From: an uncultured cyanobacterium
Lineage (GTDB): Bacteria > Cyanobacteriota > Cyanobacteriia > PCC-6307 > Cyanobiaceae
Direction of reading: 5' to 3'
Assembly (NCBI GenBank): GCA_963697335.1
Contig: CAVONQ010000011.1
Span: 32,001 to 96,000 of the forward strand
Length of the DNA: 64,000 bases
Position 1 is the stretch's first letter; each line of letters starts with the position of its first letter. Below the pieces are notes generated by a model. It did not search any database and had not been told where the DNA came from. It saw only the letters and a program-made list of their open reading frames with translations. The position numbers were made by a program, and so were the translations under genes. Below, in pieces: positions 61,503 through 64,000 of the stretch.

Positions 61503-62426
61503 ATGGCCCGCGCGCCCTCCCTGCCCTACGTGCTGCTGTGTGGCCTGGCCATGGGCGCCGCCGATGTGGTGCCCGGGGTTTCCGGGGGGAGCATGGCCTT
61601 CATCCTCGGCATCTACGGCCGCCTGCTCGAGGCGGTGGCCGGCTTCGACCTCACCTTTCTGGCCCTGCTGCGCCGCGGCGCCTGGCGGGAGGCGGCAGCG
61701 CGGGTGCAGCTCGGCTTCCTGCTGCCCCTGCTGGTGGGCATCGGCGCCTCGGTGCTGCTGCTGGTGCGGCCGATCACCTGGCTCTATGCCGACCACCGGG
61801 TGCTGCTGTTCGCCTTCTTCTTCGGCTTGATCGTGGGCTCGATCGTGCTGATCGCCCGCCACGCCCACTGGGGCGTCTCCGGCCTGATCGCCATGGCGGC
61901 CGGGGTGCTGGGGGCGCTGCTGTTCGTCACCCGGGTGCCGGTGACCATGCCCCACGACCCCTTCACCATCTACTGGAGTGGCGCCGTGGCGATCATGGCG
62001 ATGATCCTGCCGGGGGTGTCGGGCTCCTTTCTGTTGCTGGTGCTGGGCCAGTACCAGCACGTGATGGAGGCCGTGAAGGGGCTGCAGTTCGGCACCCTGG
62101 TGCCCTTTGCCCTGGGCTGCATCACGGGCCTGCTGCTGTTCGTGCGCCTGCTGCGCTGGCTGCTGCAGCGCTGGCACGGGCAGACCGTGGCCCTGTTGGT
62201 GGGCGTCATGGCCGGCTCGCTCTGGAAGATCTGGCCGTTTCGTGTCGTGCTCGAGAGCGTCACCAACGCCAGCGGCAAGCTGGTGGTGTTGCGCGATGCC
62301 CTTGCCTGGCCCAGCAGTGGTCAGGCCCTGGTGGCCGCCGCCCTGCTGATGGCCGTGGGTGTCGCCCTGGTGGCGGCTCTGGAGCAGCTGCAGGCCCGCG
62401 CCGGCGGCCAGGAGATGGGCGCCTGA
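61503..62426 (+). CDS. DUF368 membrane protein (undecaprenyl-phosphate translocase family)
   Basis: [20 protein letters not shown] and the internal repeat [16 protein letters not shown]. Confidence 0.88.
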   Translation: MARAPSLPYVLLCGLAMGAADVVPGVSGGSMAFILGIYGRLLEAVAGFDLTFLALLRRGAWREAAARVQLGFLLPLLVGIGASVLLLVRPITWLYADHRVLLFAFFFGLIVGSIVLIARHAHWGVSGLIAMAAGVLGALLFVTRVPVTMPHDPFTIYWSGAVAIMAMILPGVSGSFLLLVLGQYQHVMEAVKGLQFGTLVPFALGCITGLLLFVRLLRWLLQRWHGQTVALLVGVMAGSLWKIWPFRVVLESVTNASGKLVVLRDALAWPSSGQALVAAALLMAVGVALVAALEQLQARAGGQEMGA

Positions 62427-62466
62427 TGGCCGGATGCCGGACACTGGGGCGATCGTCCTGTGCCCC

Positions 62467-63846
62467 ATGACCTCTCCTCGCCCCGGCGACCGCGGCCAGC
62501 CTCCTGAACACTGGAGTTCGGCCCTGGGGTTCGTGCTGGCGGCCTCGGGCAGCGCCGTGGGCCTGGGCAACCTCTGGGGCTTCGCCTACCGGGCCTCCCA
62601 GGGGGGTGGCGCCGCCTTTGTGCTGCTGTACGTGCTGATCGTGCTGCTGGTGTGCCTGCCGGTGCTGGTGGCCGAAATGGTGCTGGGGCGCAGCACCGGC
62701 CACGCGCCGCTGCTGGCGCCGGTCACGGCGGGGGGCCGCCGCTGGGCACCCCTGGGCTGGCTCTACATGGTCGCCGCCACGGGGATCCTCTCCTATTACG
62801 CCGTGCTGATGGGCTGGACGGGCCGCACCCTGCTGCATGCCCTGGCCGATGGGCTGCCGAGCGACATGGCGGCGGCCGAGGCCTACTTCACGGCGATCAG
62901 CAGTGGTGGCGATGCCGTGCTGGGCCACCTGCTCAGCCTGGCCCTCACCGGTGTGGTGGTGGCCGCGGGGATCCGGGGCGGCATCGAGCGGCTCAGCCGC
63001 TGGGGCATGCCGCTGCTGTTCCTGATGCTGCTCGGCCTGCTGCTGTGGGCCACCACCCTGCCGGAGACGGCCGCCGGCTACCGCACCTTCCTGCTGCGCT
63101 GGGATGCCGCCAAGCTGCTCGACCCGGCCACGATCCGCAACGCCTTCACCCAGGCCTTCTTCTCGATCGGCACCGGCATCGGCGCGATCCTGGCCTACGC
63201 GGCCTACCTGGAGCGGCGCAGCCCCATCCCCCGCGAGGCCGCCAGCGTGGTGGCCATGGACACGGCCGTGGGGCTGATGGCCGGCTGTGTCACCTTCCCG
63301 GTGGTGGCGAGCTTCGGGTTGGGCGACGTGGTGAGCGGCAGCACCGTGGGCACCCTGTTCATCGCCCTGCCCACCGGCCTGGCCTCCCTGGGCCTGAGCG
63401 GCCGGCTGGTGGCGGTGGTGTTCTTTGCCCTGGCCTACATCGCCGCGATCACCTCCGCCGTGTCGTTGCTGGAGGTGCCCACCAGCTCCCTGATGGACCG
63501 CCTCGGCTGGAGCCGCCGCCGCACCACCTGGTTGCTGGTGCTGCTGATCGCCGTGCTGGGGCTGCCCTCGGCCCTGGATGTGGGCGTGCTGGAGCGCATG
63601 GATGCGGTGTTCGGCGGGGTGGTGCTGATCAGTGGCGGCCTGGGGCTGGCGCTGCTGCTGGGCTGGGGTGCCCCGGCGCGCTTCCTGGAGGATCTGCGCC
63701 AGTCCGGCAGCCCTGATGCCCTGGTGCGGCCCTTGCTCTGGGCCCTGCGCTGGCTGTCGCCGCCCGCCATCACGCTGGGCCTGGTGGTGTCGGTGCTCGA
63801 CCTGGCCCGCAGTGGCGCGGCTGAACCCAGCCCGCCAGGGGTTTGA
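62467..63846 (+). CDS. Sodium-dependent transporter (NSS/SNF family)
   Basis: [44 protein letters not shown]. Confidence 0.93.
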   Translation: MTSPRPGDRGQPPEHWSSALGFVLAASGSAVGLGNLWGFAYRASQGGGAAFVLLYVLIVLLVCLPVLVAEMVLGRSTGHAPLLAPVTAGGRRWAPLGWLYMVAATGILSYYAVLMGWTGRTLLHALADGLPSDMAAAEAYFTAISSGGDAVLGHLLSLALTGVVVAAGIRGGIERLSRWGMPLLFLMLLGLLLWATTLPETAAGYRTFLLRWDAAKLLDPATIRNAFTQAFFSIGTGIGAILAYAAYLERRSPIPREAASVVAMDTAVGLMAGCVTFPVVASFGLGDVVSGSTVGTLFIALPTGLASLGLSGRLVAVVFFALAYIAAITSAVSLLEVPTSSLMDRLGWSRRRTTWLLVLLIAVLGLPSALDVGVLERMDAVFGGVVLISGGLGLALLLGWGAPARFLEDLRQSGSPDALVRPLLWALRWLSPPAITLGLVVSVLDLARSGAAEPSPPGV

Positions 63847-63856
63847 CTGGCGCCAG

Positions 63857-64000
63857 TTGACCCATGAACGATGGCTGCCACGGCCGGGCTGGCTGCAGCG
63901 CTGGAATTTCATTGAGCGGGCCCGGCTGGAGCGCAAGCTCTGGGATGCCTTCGAGGCCCGCGAGGACATCGAGGCCATGGTGCGCGCCTGCCGCGAGGCC
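63857..64000 (+). CDS. N-terminal part of a hypothetical protein (runs off window)
   Basis: Hand translation from TTG: MTHERWLPRPGWLQRWNFIERARLERKLWDAFEAREDIEAMVRACREA; GC3-rich codons. Confidence 0.55.
   Translation, partial: MTHERWLPRPGWLQRWNFIERARLERKLWDAFEAREDIEAMVRACREA

Overview
This window is chromosomal DNA from a high-GC picocyanobacterium (Cyanobium / Synechococcus subcluster 5.2-like, inferred from gene content and GC-rich codon usage). About 54 kb is core genome, including pheS, surE, ribF, thiE/thiS, ispF, trmD, era, phoH, rpsP, ffh, ftn2/ARC6, pdhA, a group-2 sigma factor, mnmA, cobQ, psbDC, ycf4, ilvN, petM, ycf39, infA, NTRC, pntAB and dxr. Several small genes absent from the ORF track were read by hand: an ndhQ-like gene antisense to the ribF 3' end, petM, and a 59-aa ORF. 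A ~10-kb lower-GC accessory island (~48.65-58.7 kb) lies between pntB and a YheT-like hydrolase. It centres on an ~810-aa protein with five ~120-aa beta-rich repeats and an intact C-terminal Hint (Hedgehog/intein-like) domain plus a ~65-aa tail. Around it are three glycosyltransferases, a sulfotransferase-fold protein, a TPR protein and a SET-domain methyltransferase-like protein. This is a candidate self-processing, heavily modified surface-protein system. Two core genes (nnrE/D and the YheT-like hydrolase) show frameshifts that may be sequencing errors. No rRNA, tRNA, CRISPR array, integrase or transposase was recognised. Family assignments come from motif recognition by eye; no database searches were run.
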